This document shows, piece after piece, positions 27,093-40,849 of a stretch of DNA of 64,000 nucleotides. Position 1 is the first letter of the stretch, and each line of letters begins with the position of its first letter. Below the pieces are notes generated by a model, which saw only the letters and a list, made by a program, of their open reading frames with translations, was not told where the DNA came from and did not search any database. The translations under genes were made by a program, and so were the position numbers. The stretch is taken from assembly GCF_006345805.1 (NCBI RefSeq), contig NC_043002.1, positions 57,474,001 to 57,538,000 of the forward strand, read 5' to 3'. The DNA comes from Octopus sinensis (Eukaryota).

Positions 27093-27168
27093 GCAATAAT
27101 AGTAATGATAATAATAATAGATAATAGTAATAATAATGATTCTTCTTCTTCTTCTTCTTTTTCTTCTT

Positions 27169-27199
<31 letters not shown>

Positions 27200-27219
27200 T
27201 TATTATTATTATTATTATT

Positions 27220-27410
27220 ATTATATGTATGGTTTTTGCTTTGTATTTGTACAAGTTGACTCCAAGTCTCACATAGAGACCTCAGGAGACAACAAGTTAA
27301 AAGTTCAAGTTGGTGTTATGACTAGGGTGCCATATTTTTGTTTTGTACAATTATTCTAGAGAATGTCTTTGAAAGCTTAAGAAAATTAGAAGTTCTAAAA
27401 GAAATTTAAT
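27220..27410 (-). mobile_element. R4/Dong 3' UTR fragment
   Basis: Similar to 10706-10850 (ccaagtctcac..gagacctca..aagttca.gttg.tgttatg.ctag.gtgcca). Confidence 0.65.
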
Positions 27411-27475
27411 TATAAGATGATAATATATAATTTGATTATAAAATGATATTATTATTATTATTTTTATTATTATTA

Positions 27476-27561
<86 letters not shown>

Positions 27562-27564
27562 TTG

Positions 27565-27860
27565 TTTTGGCTCAGGTTCGGTCTTATTCCTGGTAGGAAT
27601 TGTGTGGATAGCGGTTTATAATATGTAACCTTAAGTATCCACAGGTTTTGAGCAGTCTTTCAAGTGCTTAGAAACCTCCTAATAATCCTTGCTGTTCCTA
27701 AGAGACAAACATCCCATAGGTGCTCTACCGGCCATTCTATTTCAGTCGCCTTCAGCCATTTGTTTATATCTTGGCTTACTGTTCCCAACGCACCAGTTAT
27801 TAAAGGCACGACCTTTACTATTCGCATGCTCCAAATTCTTCCTATTTCAAATTTTAAGGG
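27565..27860 (-). mobile_element. R4/Dong-type 3' fragment
   Basis: LKFEIGRIWSMRIVKVVPLITGALGTVS...CLLGTARIIRRFLST*. Confidence 0.8.
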
Positions 27861-27869
27861 ATTATTATT

Positions 27870-28424
27870 GAGTGAGAGAGCAGTACATGCCATCAAAGTG
27901 ACACTGGGGTAAAATATACGAAGCCCAGTATACCTATCATAACTGCCCGTCTGATCAGGGTACACCAGGCACATGCATCACAACCATATGTGGGCGACAT
28001 GGTGATCTCATATCAAGATAAACAGCGCATGACCTTGCAGATGGGGCCCAGTTAGAATTTTCTTCTGGTCGAGTGACCCATCCCGCTCAAAATGTCCCTG
28101 AATAAGGATTGTTTACGGATGTTGAACGAATCACCCATGTTTCCAAAGGTGAATTATCCAAACCTCTAATAATTCCTTTCAACACACGGCTATGATGCTC
28201 CCCAACTACTTCTGCTCATGATCAGAGATGCACATATCGTTAGCCACTATGGGACATTGTCAACTGGTTAAGGTCAAACAACTGACAAGCAATTCTGTGG
28301 TATTGAGCAGAATATTTGCTTTAGCCCATCTTTTATACCAAGACAAAACAATGTACATGATAACACTTCCAATCAGTTAAGATCAGAAGCCATGAGAGCC
28401 ACTGTATGGTACTGCATCAGGGCA
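27870..28424 (-). mobile_element. ~555-bp (TAA)n-embedded element, full copy
   Basis: Matches 10062-10613 end to end. Confidence 0.85.
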
Positions 28425-28425
28425 T

Positions 28426-28625
28426 TTCTTCTTCTTCTTCTTCTTCTTCTTCTTCTTCTTCTTCTTCTTCTTCTTCTTCTTCTTCTTCTTCTTCTTCTTC
28501 TTCTTCTTCTTCTTCTTCTTCTTCTCTTCTTCTTCTTCTCTTCTTCTTCTTCTTCTTCTTTCTTCTTCTTCTTCTTCTTCTTCTTCTCTTCTTCTCTCTT
28601 CTTCTTCTTCTTATTATTATTATTA

Positions 28626-28665
<40 letters not shown>
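28426..28665. repeat. (CTT)n then (ATT)n microsatellite
   Basis: Direct inspection. Confidence 0.95.
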
Positions 28666-28666
<1 letters not shown>

Positions 28667-28879
28667 TTCATGGCAAATATCACAAATCCTATACATCTGT
28701 CTAGATTTATAATATCTAAGCGGGTTTTATATCATACTTTATATAAATACATTGTGATAGGCAAAAATCTACTGCGATGTTTTGTGTGAAAACAATCTTT
28801 TATGAACAAAACACACAATGTGCGTGAAGGAGAACTTTAGCTGCGTTTCTGCCCTGTATGCCTAGATGAAATTCTTTAT

Positions 28880-28973
<94 letters not shown>

Positions 28974-29185
28974 GTGCTGTTCAAACTCTAATGATTGCTA
29001 AATTGACCCCAGATGCTGATGATAATGTGATCAAAACCGACAAGATTGTTGGAATTCTGTCTTGTACGACGCTTGCTTTAATTTATGCGATACACAAAGA
29101 GGAGATGGAATATTAAATATTAAAGTGTTTAGATGACCACCATCGCAAACCAACAAATATCACAATCCTACGATAGCGCACGCAC

Positions 29186-29228
<43 letters not shown>

Positions 29229-30204
29229 ATACTAGAAGTTTCAATGAGAATATAAGTACTTTAACAAACTAAAACTCTAATAGTTCAAATGTTTAAGGAT
29301 ATTTTTTCTGTAAATTCTCCTTACATGCCTTATTTTTCCTTGATTAGAGACTGATTCCGTATTTACATACCTGTTAAAACAAGTCAGATGTAAATTGATG
29401 TTATCGTAGTCTGATTATCGTCTGTTTAACAATGGGTGACGTTTATCGTCATGTAATACCTTTTCTACCAATATGTTGTTAGATGATGTTAAACAAAAGC
29501 TCAAACAGAAGTAAAATGGATAATCTAACGAAAATGACGCTTAAGATGATAAACAATGTCGAATAAATAAAATTCAGGCCAAAAGAGCAACACAAGAGAA
29601 AACATGTTAAAGAATGAAGAGCTAAATGATGACTGAACAATTATGTACTATAAGTACATTGAAAGACAAAAGCGCTAAAAAGAAACGTTGATAACAATTG
29701 TATAAAGGGCTGATTTGAAGGTAAGAGATAATAGGTAAAATAACAACGTAGCAATGTGATAAAGTGATAACAGAGACAAACGTAACAGAGACAATGATAT
29801 AAAACAAGAGAACGAAACGTTGATAACAAATTATAGAAAGGTTTGATGTTAAGATAACAGACATTAGTTTGTTAGAGCAAACTTGCAATGAGATGAGTAA
29901 GATAAAAAGAGAACGGTGCAAAGTTCCATTATTCGGTTACAAAACTTATCATTGTCATCATTACCACTACCACCGCCGCTACCACCGCTACCACCGCCAT
30001 TACCTCCCCCCCCATCATCATCATTATCATCATTTTATTTTATTATATTATTATATTATTATTATTATTATTATTATTATTAGAATAAGAGTTTAAAAAC
30101 TATACTGAGTGTTTCTTCGCTTCGAAACCTGAAGAGTTTTAACGTTCGAGAACTTGTAAAAGAGATGAGATTATGTTATTGAAGAGAAAAATTTTGGTTT
30201 CAAA

Positions 30205-30790
30205 TGTTGGTACAAAGCTAGAAATTTCAGGGAGGGGGTGGGTAAGTCGATTACATTGACCCCAATATTCAACTGGTACTTAATTTATCGACACCGAAAT
30301 AATGAAAAGCAAAGTGAACCTCGGCAGAATTTGAATTCACAACGTAAAGACGGACGAAATACCGCTAGACATTTTGTCCGGCGCGCTAACGATTCTGCCA
30401 GCTCACCGCCTTAACGAGGGGAAATATTGGCTTCAAACTTTGGCACAAGGCTAATAATTTCGACCCCAGTGTCCAACTGGTACTTATTTTATCGATCCCA
30501 AAGGGATGAAGTGCGAAATCAGCCACGACCTAATTTAAACTCAGAACAGAAAGACGAACGAAATATCGCTAGGCGTTTTGTCCGGCGTGCTAACGATTCG
30601 CCTTAACGAAGGGAAAAGTTATCTTTTATTCTTTTATTCTTTTATTCTTTTACTTGTTTCCGAGGTCGAATTTGCCTTTCATCCTTTCGGGGTCGAAGAA
30701 TTAAGTACTAGTTGCGTACTGGCGTCGATCTAAACAACTGACCCTCTCCCAGAAAATTTCAGGCCTTGTGCGTAGAGGAGAAAACATTCT
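30205..30790. mobile_element. Cluster of three family B SINEs (two tandem on -, one on +)
   Basis: Repeated ggtactt..tttatcga..gacggacgaaatac..gctaacgattc units sharing the flank ccttaacga.ggg. Confidence 0.75.
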
Positions 30791-30794
30791 TTTG

Positions 30795-31071
30795 TTTGTT
30801 TCAGTCATCTAACTGCGGCCATGCTGGAGCACCGCCTTTAGTCGAAGAAATCGACCCCAGAACTTATTCTTTGTAAGCCTAATACTTATTCTATCGGTCT
30901 CTTCTGCCGAACCGCTAGTTTACGGGGGCATAAACACACCACACACACACACACACGGACACACACACACACACACGGACACACACACACACACACACGG
31001 ACACACACACACACACACACACAACACACACACACACACACACACGGACACACACACACACACACACACGG

Positions 31072-31114
<43 letters not shown>

Positions 31115-31275
31115 CGACGGGCTTCTTTCAGTTTCCGTCTACCAAATCCACTCACACGGCTTTGATCGGCCCGAGACTATAGTAAAGGACACCTACCCAT
31201 GGTGCCACACAACAGGACTGAACCCGGAACCATGTGATTGGTAAGCAAGCTACTTACTACACAGCCATTACTGCT
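30795..31275 (-). mobile_element. Full tRNA-SINE family A with internal (CA)n
   Basis: Both halves present around a compound (CA)n/(TA)n tract. Confidence 0.85.
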
Positions 31276-31334
31276 CCTATGTATGTACGTATGTATGTAT
31301 GTATGTATGTATGTATGTATGTATGTATGTATGA

Positions 31335-31632
31335 ATAGAGACAGATGAGTGACAACCTGGCCACTGGTGGTGGTGTAACACACCATACTAATCATATCTG
31401 TCGGGCATGTGGAAGATAGTGTAATTCGGCAGGAGGACTTAAACAACATGCAAAGGTACATGAAGCCCAGTTACAACTACAGCCGGCTATTAGCAGTAAA
31501 GGTTTTAGTTGCCAATTTTGTACAAGACACTGTAGATCTTTAGCTGGGCTAAAAAGTCACATTCGATCACAGCACCAGTAACAGTTAAGCTTCGTGCAAT
31601 GGCCATACTCGATAACGAGAGGGCAGCCATAA
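31335..31632 (+). mobile_element. RTE-type LINE 3' fragment
   Basis: Decayed C2H2-like fingers HICRACGR*CNSAGGLKQHAKVH and CQFCTRHCRSLAGLKSHIRSQH*, short 3' UTR. Confidence 0.6.
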
Positions 31633-31917
31633 TGTATAAATATGTAAATATATGTGAATGCTATGTGCGCGTATTATGTATTTGTTATATGTACAATCTT
31701 TTAATATGTGCGCTTTTATGCATAATTTTGATATATATTTAAAATAATATAAATTAATTAATCTTATGTATTGGCTTGAGTTTTTCAGTGAATGATTTGC
31801 CTAATAGTGGTTTTATCTCTAATTTAATATAATATAATATTTTACTATAAAATTGGATTCAATCCTAAATCTGATTTTTCCCTGTAAGTTTGGATTTATT
31901 CCCTAATATTTTATTAT

Positions 31918-31964
<47 letters not shown>

Positions 31965-31972
31965 ATATATAT

Positions 31973-34724
31973 ATCACCGAGACTTGGCTGACTCCAGCAG
32001 TAAAGGACTCAGAGATACACCTGCAGGGCTACGTCCTTTTCAGATGTGACAGAGGAAAAAGGCGAGGTGGAGGTGTTGCTGTGTATGTTAAGTCTGAGCA
32101 CAAACCGTCCTGCGGTATTCTACCCACAAATGCTCAACCTACAACCAATTCGATGCCGTCTATTGCAGCTGAGCCTATCTGAGTTTTGCCTGCCCGTGTT
32201 GGCTGTCTACAGGCCGCCTCTAGCCGACCCCCAGGACGATGCTCATCTACTCGAGGCGATAAGATTCGTTTCAGCTTCGCATGACGCTTGGTACTAGGCG
32301 ACTTCAACGCTCCCATGATCGATTGGCCCGCATCAATTTGTACAACATCTTCCCGGTTCAGCCAGGCCCTTCTTGACGTGCTGAAGATTGTTTTCTATCG
32401 CAACATGTTGAATATCCGACAAGGCATCGGTCTGGGCAGCAGCCATCTATGCTAGATCTGGTATTCTCCCCCGCTATCCAAGATCAGTGTCAGACGTATC
32501 TGTGTGCGCCCCTCTTGCCAAGAGTGATCATGCGGTCCTGAAGTTCGTCATGCACACAACTTTTTCCACGCCCACGATTACTTCGCTGCCACGTAGAGTC
32601 TTCTCTGCAATTAATCTTGAAATTCTAACCGAGGCTTCCGCGCTTCTGGACTGGCGTTCCCTGATGACGTTGTCCTCAGTTGACGAACTATGGTCATCCC
32701 TCAAAGCATATGTAATCTGTTTGACTGACCAGGCAGTTCCCGTTGGACTTCCCAAGAGGAAGAAACACAAGCCCTGGGTGACGAAGAAGGTTAAACGAGA
32801 ACGTCGACTCAGAGATATTGCTTGCAGCTTTTGAGGTGTACAAAACTCAACGAGACCGAGCCGTGAAAATTGAAAAGAAAGAACGCTTCAGTTATGAATA
32901 CAAAATCGCGGCAAATGCCAGTAGCAATCCCAAAACCTTCTTTGCCCATGTCCAGCGGAATTCCCGCTTGAACAACCAGATTGTAACATTGGTAGACTCA
33001 ACAGGCGTATCGATTGAGGACCCTTATCAACAGAGTCAATTATTTGCCGAGGCTTTTTCAACTATTTTCAAACAAGATGATGGTCGTGAACCCCCTCCAT
33101 TTGATAGATCGGTACCTCCAATGCTTCGATTGATCATCACGCGGGACCAAGTCAAACGTGTTATTCAAGGCCTCGATGTCAACAAGGGTCACGGCCCTGA
33201 CGGCATACACCCACGGGTTATCAAAGCGTTGGCTCCGGTCATCTGCGAGCCCTTAACACGACTATTCAATATGTCATTGGCGACGGGTGTTATACCTTCA
33301 GACTGGAGTACAGCGATAATCTGCCCAATTTTCAAGAAAGGGAGCCGCGAAGACCCGCTTAACTACCGACCGGTTTCCCTTACATCAATAATCAGCAAGA
33401 TGTTCGAAACCATCCTTAAGAAAAGTATGATGCTCCACCTCCTAAGCACAGCCTCGATCACTGATTCCCAACACGGCTTCGTGCCGAAGAGATCATGCTT
33501 GACCAACTTACTAGTAATGGAAGAATTGGTGACGCGCATCCTCGATGATAGTGATGCTGTTGACATCGTTTTATTGGACTTTGCCAAAGCTTTTGACTCG
33601 GTAAACCACCGCCTACTACTTGTCAAGCTTCAAGCATATAGTTTCCATCCGGATATTGTACGATGGGTTGGTGCCTTCCTCTCAGATCGCTCCTTCCAAG
33701 TTCAAGTTAATGGTTCGCGGTCCGACGTCTCCAGTGCGAGCAGTGGCGTGCCTCAAGGTTCAGTGCTTGGGCCCTTGTTGTTCTTAGTCTTCATAAATGA
33801 CTTGCCCGACGACCTCACGCAACACACCCTTCTATTTGCCGACGATATCAAACTGGTCGCTCCTCGCGGTAGTATAGAGGATCTTCGTCGATGCCTCCAC
33901 CAAATTTGGAAGTGGTCTAACGATTGGGACCTGTGTCTGAACGTGTCAAAGTGCTGTCATCTGCCTGTCGGCTCTACTCCTGCAACTCAACTTGATTTCG
34001 AGCCGGGTCGTCTGCTGCTGGAGAGGACCGATCAGGTAAAGGACCTGGGTATCTTGATGGATTCCTCCTTTTCGCCTTCGGCCCAGTGCGTCCATGCTGC
34101 CAACAAAGCGCGCGGAATTCTGTTTTTGATTCGACGTCATTCGGAGTGCTCACAGCAGCCATATTCCTGCCACTCTATGTCACGCTGGTGAGACCCATAT
34201 TGGAGTATGGGATTCAAGCCTCTTCTCCTTATCTCCTCAAGACATACAGCACCTCGAAAGACTCCAGAGGCTGGCTACCCGCCTGGTTCATGGTCTCAAA
34301 AATTTGTCCTACGAAGAAAGGCTGAGGATGCTCGACCTTTATTCTCTTGAAAAACGCCGCCGCCGTGGTGATCTCATTCTCGCCCACAACATCATAAGCG
34401 GGAAGTGTAACCTCTCGAAAGAGCTGTTCTTCACACTCCTGCTCCGGAGCGTCGGCTGCGGGGTCATTCCGAAAAGCTCTACCTGCGACGATTTCATCTC
34501 AATCGAAGGAGAGGAGCTTTCTCTCCGTCCGGGTGCGGATCCGTGGAACAAGCTGCCAGATGAGATGGTGAAGATGCCAACGACCGCTTTGTTCAAAGCC
34601 TCCCTGGACCTCAAGTGGCCTGAACTCTTTACATGAACACCACCCTGTACTTAACTCCATGTCCCCCTACATGGCCCTGCTATTTGCTTTTGAGCCAAAT
34701 TAACTAACTAACTAACTAACTAAC
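31973..34724 (+). mobile_element. CR1-clade LINE, 5'-truncated within the APE endonuclease
   Basis: ITETWL..RCDR...GGGVAVYVK, GDFNAPMIDW, SDH; RT in 32818-34191 (LDFAKAFD, GVPQGSVLGP, FADD); C-terminus to stop 34634-34636; (CTAA)n tail; several single-base frameshifts. Confidence 0.95.
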
Positions 34725-34735
34725 ATATATCAATA

Positions 34736-34930
34736 GTTAGATTCACTTCAACATTTAAGTTTAATTTGCCAAAATATTTTCGTCGCTTTGAGACTGCAAA
34801 CTGTTCACTGACAAAATTCCGTGCTGCATTTCAGAGATGCAGCGCAGAATTTTGTCAGTGAACAGGACGTAGTCTCAAAGCGACGAAAATATTTTGGCAA
34901 ATTAAACGTAAATGTTGAAGTGAATCTAAC
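34736..34930. repeat. 195-bp hairpin (94-bp arms, 7-nt loop), MITE-like
   Basis: 34736-34829 pairs with 34837-34930 with about 7 mismatches. Confidence 0.9.
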
Positions 34931-35058
34931 AGTTTTTGTGTGTTTCATAAAATGGCTTACAAACACCTTCCACGCTGCAATTGTTTTCGTTCCAGCACGC
35001 ACACGATCTCAGATCATGTCACTTGCTATGCAAATACATCTCCGATATATATATATGT

Positions 35059-35107
<49 letters not shown>

Positions 35108-35228
35108 TGTATATATATATATATATATAATTATAAATGAGGTGAAAAAATTGATATTAATTAATAATACCATCAATTAACACTAAGTGGCTTAGCATAT
35201 AAAAACCAAGGAAAAATATAAATTTATA

Positions 35229-35431
35229 CATAAATATTAGAGAGTGACTACTATGTGGTTCACTCTAGTGCTAAAAATAGGTCCGCTAATGGTATAGTCA
35301 CTAAAAGTTGTTTCCAAGAAGAATACCGCTACATTCAACGTAAGGTAAGTGAAACACAACGAAAAATAGATTAACCCTGAGCACTAGATTAGCACTAGAG
35401 TGAACCACATAGTGGTCACTCTCTAATATTA

Positions 35432-35433
<2 letters not shown>
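35229..35433. mobile_element. MITE with ~45-bp TIRs and TA flanks
   Basis: cataaatattagagagtgactactatgtggttcactctagtgcta and its inverted copy; TA both sides. Confidence 0.85.
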
Positions 35434-35467
<34 letters not shown>

Positions 35468-35597
35468 TATTATATATATATATATATATATATTTATAAA
35501 TGAGGGTGAAAAATTTGATATTAATTTAATAATATACCATCAATTTAACACTAAGTGGCTTAGCATATAAAAACCAAGGGAAAAATATAAATTTATA

Positions 35598-35801
35598 CAT
35601 AAATATTAGAGAGTGACTACTATGTGGTTCACTCTAGTGCTAAAAATAGGTCCGCTAATGGTATAGTCACTAAAAGTTGTTTCCAAGAAGAAATACCGCT
35701 ACATTCAACGTAAGGTAAGTGAAACACAACGAAAAAATAGATTAACCCTGAGCACTAGATTAGCACTAGTGAACCACATAGTGGTCACTCTCTAATATTT
35801 A

Positions 35802-35803
<2 letters not shown>
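35598..35803. mobile_element. Second copy of the same MITE within a tandem duplication (35131-35435 / 35494-35805)
   Basis: Differences between the two units are essentially all short indels. Confidence 0.8.
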
Positions 35804-35842
<39 letters not shown>

Positions 35843-35868
35843 TATATATAGATAGATAGATATGTATA

Positions 35869-36513
35869 TCTATATATATAAAACTCAACTTGTGTGTCTG
35901 TGTGTTTAACTTCCCGGCACATCTCCTCCTAGCCAACAAATCGAAGAACCACCAAAAATGGGTCACTTAAAGTTTAGGCGAATGAAAATTTGAACTGCAC
36001 TATTTCTGTTCCGAAATTCATCTCGCAAGTGCAAAAATCGATAATGTGTTTGTTTAGGCCTTATCCCATGCTTTGAATAGTGAACTTTACTCAGTCAGCT
36101 GTTTGACGTGAACTGTGTTCACCACGCGTGAAAGCATGCGTAAATTGCATGAAAAATAAAAAAATCAAGATATGAAAACGTATCGCCGTAAACATTGTAG
36201 AAATTCGGCAAAGAAATGAATTTTCGGGATGTAGTTGGAGGGTTTTTTCGTATTAATAGTTTGGACTTTGGGAACACATACCAATGGTTTTCATAACAGT
36301 TTTAAAGCTTTGAATTAAATGTAACCATTTTGCGTTGAGTCTGCAGTTTGAATCACTTTAACCAAATTTTTGCAGGCCGGATTTTTGATCATCACGATAC
36401 ATCGCCAACGACTCCCTGAAACTCTCCCCTGAAATCCCCGTTGAGAAATCTATTATATAATAATACTTTGAATGTGACTCCTGAGAAAGAGTAAACGACG
36501 GGTATTACTGCTA

Positions 36514-36514
<1 letters not shown>
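35869..36514 (+). mobile_element. Non-autonomous Helitron (646 bp), second family
   Basis: 5' TCTATATATATAAAACT, 3' ..cgacgggtattactgCTAG, A/T insertion; left arm of 3' hairpin degenerate. Confidence 0.75.
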
Positions 36515-36552
<38 letters not shown>

Positions 36553-37066
36553 TAGGTTTCTTTCAGTTTCCGTCTACGAAATCCACTCACAAGGCTCTGG
36601 TCAGCCCGAAGCTATACTAGAAGATACTTGCCCAAGGTGCCACGCAGTGGTACTGAACCCGGAACTATGTGGTTGGGAAACAATCTTGTTACCACACAGT
36701 CACGCCTGCCCCTAATAATAATATGTCAACCAAGACCGAAGACAGCTTTGTTTCATTTTTGGATAGAACACTCTCTCTAACTTGATGTCACCATCGGACC
36801 AAATTATAATAATATACGTAGATACATCATTACAATTGTACATAATAACAACACTGAAAATATATAGATTTGATCAAGTTAAAATTATGTAAATAAATAC
36901 AACACACCAAGTGGCAATAATTGGAAAATACTTCCTAGGCGGATAACATATTCGCCGAGTAACCATGTGGAAAGTTATATCGACTCGGGTTGAGCGCGTC
37001 TACACACTTCAAAGCATTCTGAAAACGATACTGTGCAAATGGGAAATATATAGAGTTGTTTGTTTG

Positions 37067-37125
<59 letters not shown>

Positions 37126-37286
37126 TGATGCAAGCCTGCATCTGCGTACGTTTTGAAAAGCGCACGTTAAAAGAGTGTACGTATAACGAATACATAATAC
37201 GTACACACATATACACATATTCATACATACATACATACATATATATATGTGTGTGTGTATTCATATATATTATTGTTATGTATATC

Positions 37287-37317
<31 letters not shown>

Positions 37318-37338
37318 TATATATTATATATATATTAT

Positions 37339-37416
37339 AATTTAATCCAAACGGGAACAAAAGAACAACAACAATGGAACAATTACAGTATTATTATTAA
37401 TAGGCGCTCAGGAAAG
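37339..37416 (-). mobile_element. PLE pseudo-LTR fragment cut by the gap
   Basis: Near identical to 41179-41257. Confidence 0.75.
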
Positions 37417-37516
37417 NNNNNNNNNNNNNNNNNNNNNNNNNNNNNNNNNNNNNNNNNNNNNNNNNNNNNNNNNNNNNNNNNNNNNNNNNNNNNNNNNNNN
37501 NNNNNNNNNNNNNNNN
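37417..37516. other. Assembly gap (100 N)
   Basis: Direct inspection. Confidence 1.
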
Positions 37517-40100
37517 CTCACCTTCTTCTCCTCTCTGCCGCCTCTCTATGCTCCAAACACGCTACGCTTCATTATCCATTTGAATCAACTCTTCCATCAA
37601 TTCTTTCTGATACCAACTTCGTAAACTCCAATCACTATTCCATTCCACCCTACCCGACGCCACTACCCCACTCTCCAACACCCTTCTCCCCTACCGATAG
37701 GCTCATCCACCCACACCTAACCCCACTGCCCCTCCCTACAACCCTTTCTCCCCTCCCGTTAGGCTCCATCCACCTACACCTAACCCTACTGCCCCGCCCA
37801 ACCACCCACCCCCTTCCCCAATCCCTCCCCCGCAGACCTCCACGAGACCTACCACCCCTCCTACTTTCTATTCCACCCACCCCTTCCCCCCACATTCCGT
37901 CTGTTGTTACCATTCCCCCCCGATCTTCCCCTCTCTGCGGCTTGAACGCTCCGTCCTTGGTAGGGGTCTGCTGGTTTCATCCCCCTCACACTCCATCCTG
38001 TAAGGAATTCCAGACGCGATTGATGTCCACAGCTTGGCGCCCGTGTCAGGGTTGGGTGGCGCAACCACGACTCGCCACCCACACCCCACGAGGGAGGACG
38101 ACTGCTTCACTGGCCTGGGCCGACCCCCGACCATCCCCGTGGAAGCCTTGCCCTGGCCAGATCCTAGCAGTGGATCTTTTAGCGGGGGGCGCTGTCAGCG
38201 TGCATTGGAGCGGTTCAAATTCTCCAGGCGCCAACGCCGCCTCAACATCTCCCAGGCTGAGCTTCTTGGCTCTTCGTTCCCTCCAACGGCGCGCTGACAT
38301 ATCATCAAACCGGCTGACAAGGGTGGAGCTGTAGTGGTGTGGCGCGCGGACCTCTATAGGGCCGAGGCTTTCCGCCAATCAATGACACCTCCTTCTATTC
38401 CCCTCTGCCCTCTAACCCCACAAGTAGCTACCAACAGACGGTATCCTCTACTGTCCAAGACCTCATTCGTCCTCCCGTCTCCCCCGACCGCATCCAACCT
38501 AATTGTGCGAACCCCACGTACCCCACCATTTTCCTCCAAAAATCCACAAACCCGACAACCCTGGCGCCGCCCCATCGTCTCTGCCTCTGAAACTGCCCCA
38601 CGGAGTCATCTCTAAATACCTCGACCGTGTCCTTGCCCCCCTAGTGGCATCTCTCCACTCCCCATCCACGATACCAACCATGCTCTCCGGCTTTTCACTC
38701 TTTCTCCTTTCCTCCCGGCTCCTCCAAAATCCTTTTTACTATGGACATCCAAAGCCTCTATACTGTTATCCTCACCACGAAGGACTGCAGGCCCTTCGAC
38801 ACTTTCTTGACCCCGCCTCTAACCCTGTACCTGACACCTCCACCACTCATTCGTCTGGCCGAACTTGTCCTTACTCTGAACTGCTTCTCGTTCGCGGGCG
38901 AGGTTCTACCATCAGGTCTCGGGAGTGGCCATGGGAACGCGAATGGGGCCCCAACTATGCGAACCTGTTCGTTGGCTATGTTGAGGCCCAAATATATTCT
39001 TAATTTCACTGGTCCCATCCTGAAACTATATGGTCCGTTATTGACGGACATTATCGGTGCCACCTCACTCTCCCGCGAACATCTAGATTCCTTCCTCTCT
39101 TTCGTCCAATCTTTCCATCCAGCCCTCCACTTTTCTCCACACTATCTCCAACACCTCTGTCTCCTTCCTCGACATTTGGTTAGCATTCTTCACTCCACTC
39201 TTACCACCTCCATTCACTACAAACACACAGACTCACACTCATACCTCAACTTCTCTTCCTCCACCCAGAACACACCAAGCTTTCCATCCCCTATCCCAAT
39301 TCCCCGTCTACGTAGGCTCTGTAGTGACGACCATGACTTGAGACTCAGTCTCTCAACGTATGGCTCACCACTTCACCCTACGTGGATACCCCCTTCACCA
39401 CTATCCACACCGCCCTTGCCAGAGCACGGTCCGTGGGACCGTGTATCTGCTCTCTCTCCCCCGAACCCGCCCTGTAGTCTCCCGCCTCCCTTTTCCCCTC
39501 ACTTACCACCCAACGACCCTACCTCTCAAACGCACCTTCTTTGAGCTTTCCGTCATCTCCAGTCCGACCCGTCCACTTCACACCTCTTCCCTAACCGACC
39601 CCTCCCCTCTTTCAAACGAGCCCACAACCTTCGAGGACCTTTTGGTCCATAGCTCCTTCCTGACCCTACCTACCAACCCGGCTCGTTCCCCTGCTCCAGC
39701 CCACGTTGCCGCACTTGCCCTTCCTCTCCAACACCACCCGCCCGCCTCACAGCACCCACCATCGACCCTATCCCATCATCCACTCCTTCACCTGCACCTC
39801 CAGCAATATTATCTATTGCATCTCTTGCTCTCTCTGCAATTCCTTGTACATCGGACAAACGGGACGCCGCTTGGCTGACCGGTTCGCGGAACACCTTCGT
39901 GACATCCACCTTGCGAACGACACACCGTCTCACGCCATTTCCGCTCCACCGGTCACTCCTTGCAACACCTATCTGTTTTCGGTTTGTCCTTACACAGAGG
40001 CCATCCGGATTCCCGTTTGCGCCCGTGAACAGGAATAAATCTTCTCTCTTCGCTCTTATAAGCCATTTGGTCTCAACTCTCCCCCCCTCCTCATATAACC
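37517..40100 (+). mobile_element. Penelope-like element ORF (Neptune-like), RT + GIY-YIG, heavily frameshifted
   Basis: KPADKGGAVVVW, PKIHKP, DIQSLYT, AMGTRMGPNYANLF, Cys linker PCSSPRCRTC, IIYCISCSLCNSLYIGQT across shifted frames. Confidence 0.92.
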
Positions 40101-40721
40101 CCCCCTCTCCCCCCTCCTCACCTATCATTTCTCCCCCCGACCCCTACTTCTTCAGTCCTTCATCCTTTCACCCCTACTCCCTTCCCTTCTTCCCTCTTTC
40201 TCCCTCCCTCTTCCAATTCCCTCTGACTCCCTCACTCCCTCTCTCCCATTCTCTCTATCCCCCTCTCCCTCTTTTCCTCCTTCATCCCCCCTCATCACCT
40301 CCTTCTCCCCCATCGTCTCCTCTTCCCCTTCTCTCCCCTCCCTCTTTCTTCCCTCCCCTTCTCTCCCCCCTTCTTCTCCCCCTCCCCTCTTCTCCTCATT
40401 CCCCTCTTTTCCCCCCTCCCCCTCTTCTCCTCACTACACCACATGACTTTACACATCACATCACATATGATGTGCCATACTAATACACACACCAACTAAT
40501 ACATACGAATACGTACTAATACATACTAGTACATACTAATACTTACACCAACCCTATACATACACACGTCCAGACCCCGCATACGCACTTATACTCTCTC
40601 TCACACACACACACACACCTATACATACCAATACGTACTAATACATACTAATACATACTAATACATACACCAACCCCATACATACGCACGTCCAGACCAA
40701 TCTTACGCACTAATACTCTCT

Positions 40722-40756
<35 letters not shown>

Positions 40757-40830
40757 GTATACATACTAATACATACACCAACCCTATACATACACACATC
40801 CAGACCCTCCCACGCACTTTTAGCTGGTCA
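40100..40830 (+). repeat. CT-rich tract and CA-rich ~120-bp tandem units in the PLE 3' region
   Basis: atacatacaccaacc..tacatac.cac.tccagacc repeated three times. Confidence 0.75.
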
Positions 40831-40849
40831 CTCAACCCTTTTATCAACC

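Noticed and set aside
27660-27974. 104-aa ORF MCLVYPDQ..RRFLST
   Set aside because: Chance in-frame fusion of the 555-bp element, (AAT)3 and an R4/Dong fragment
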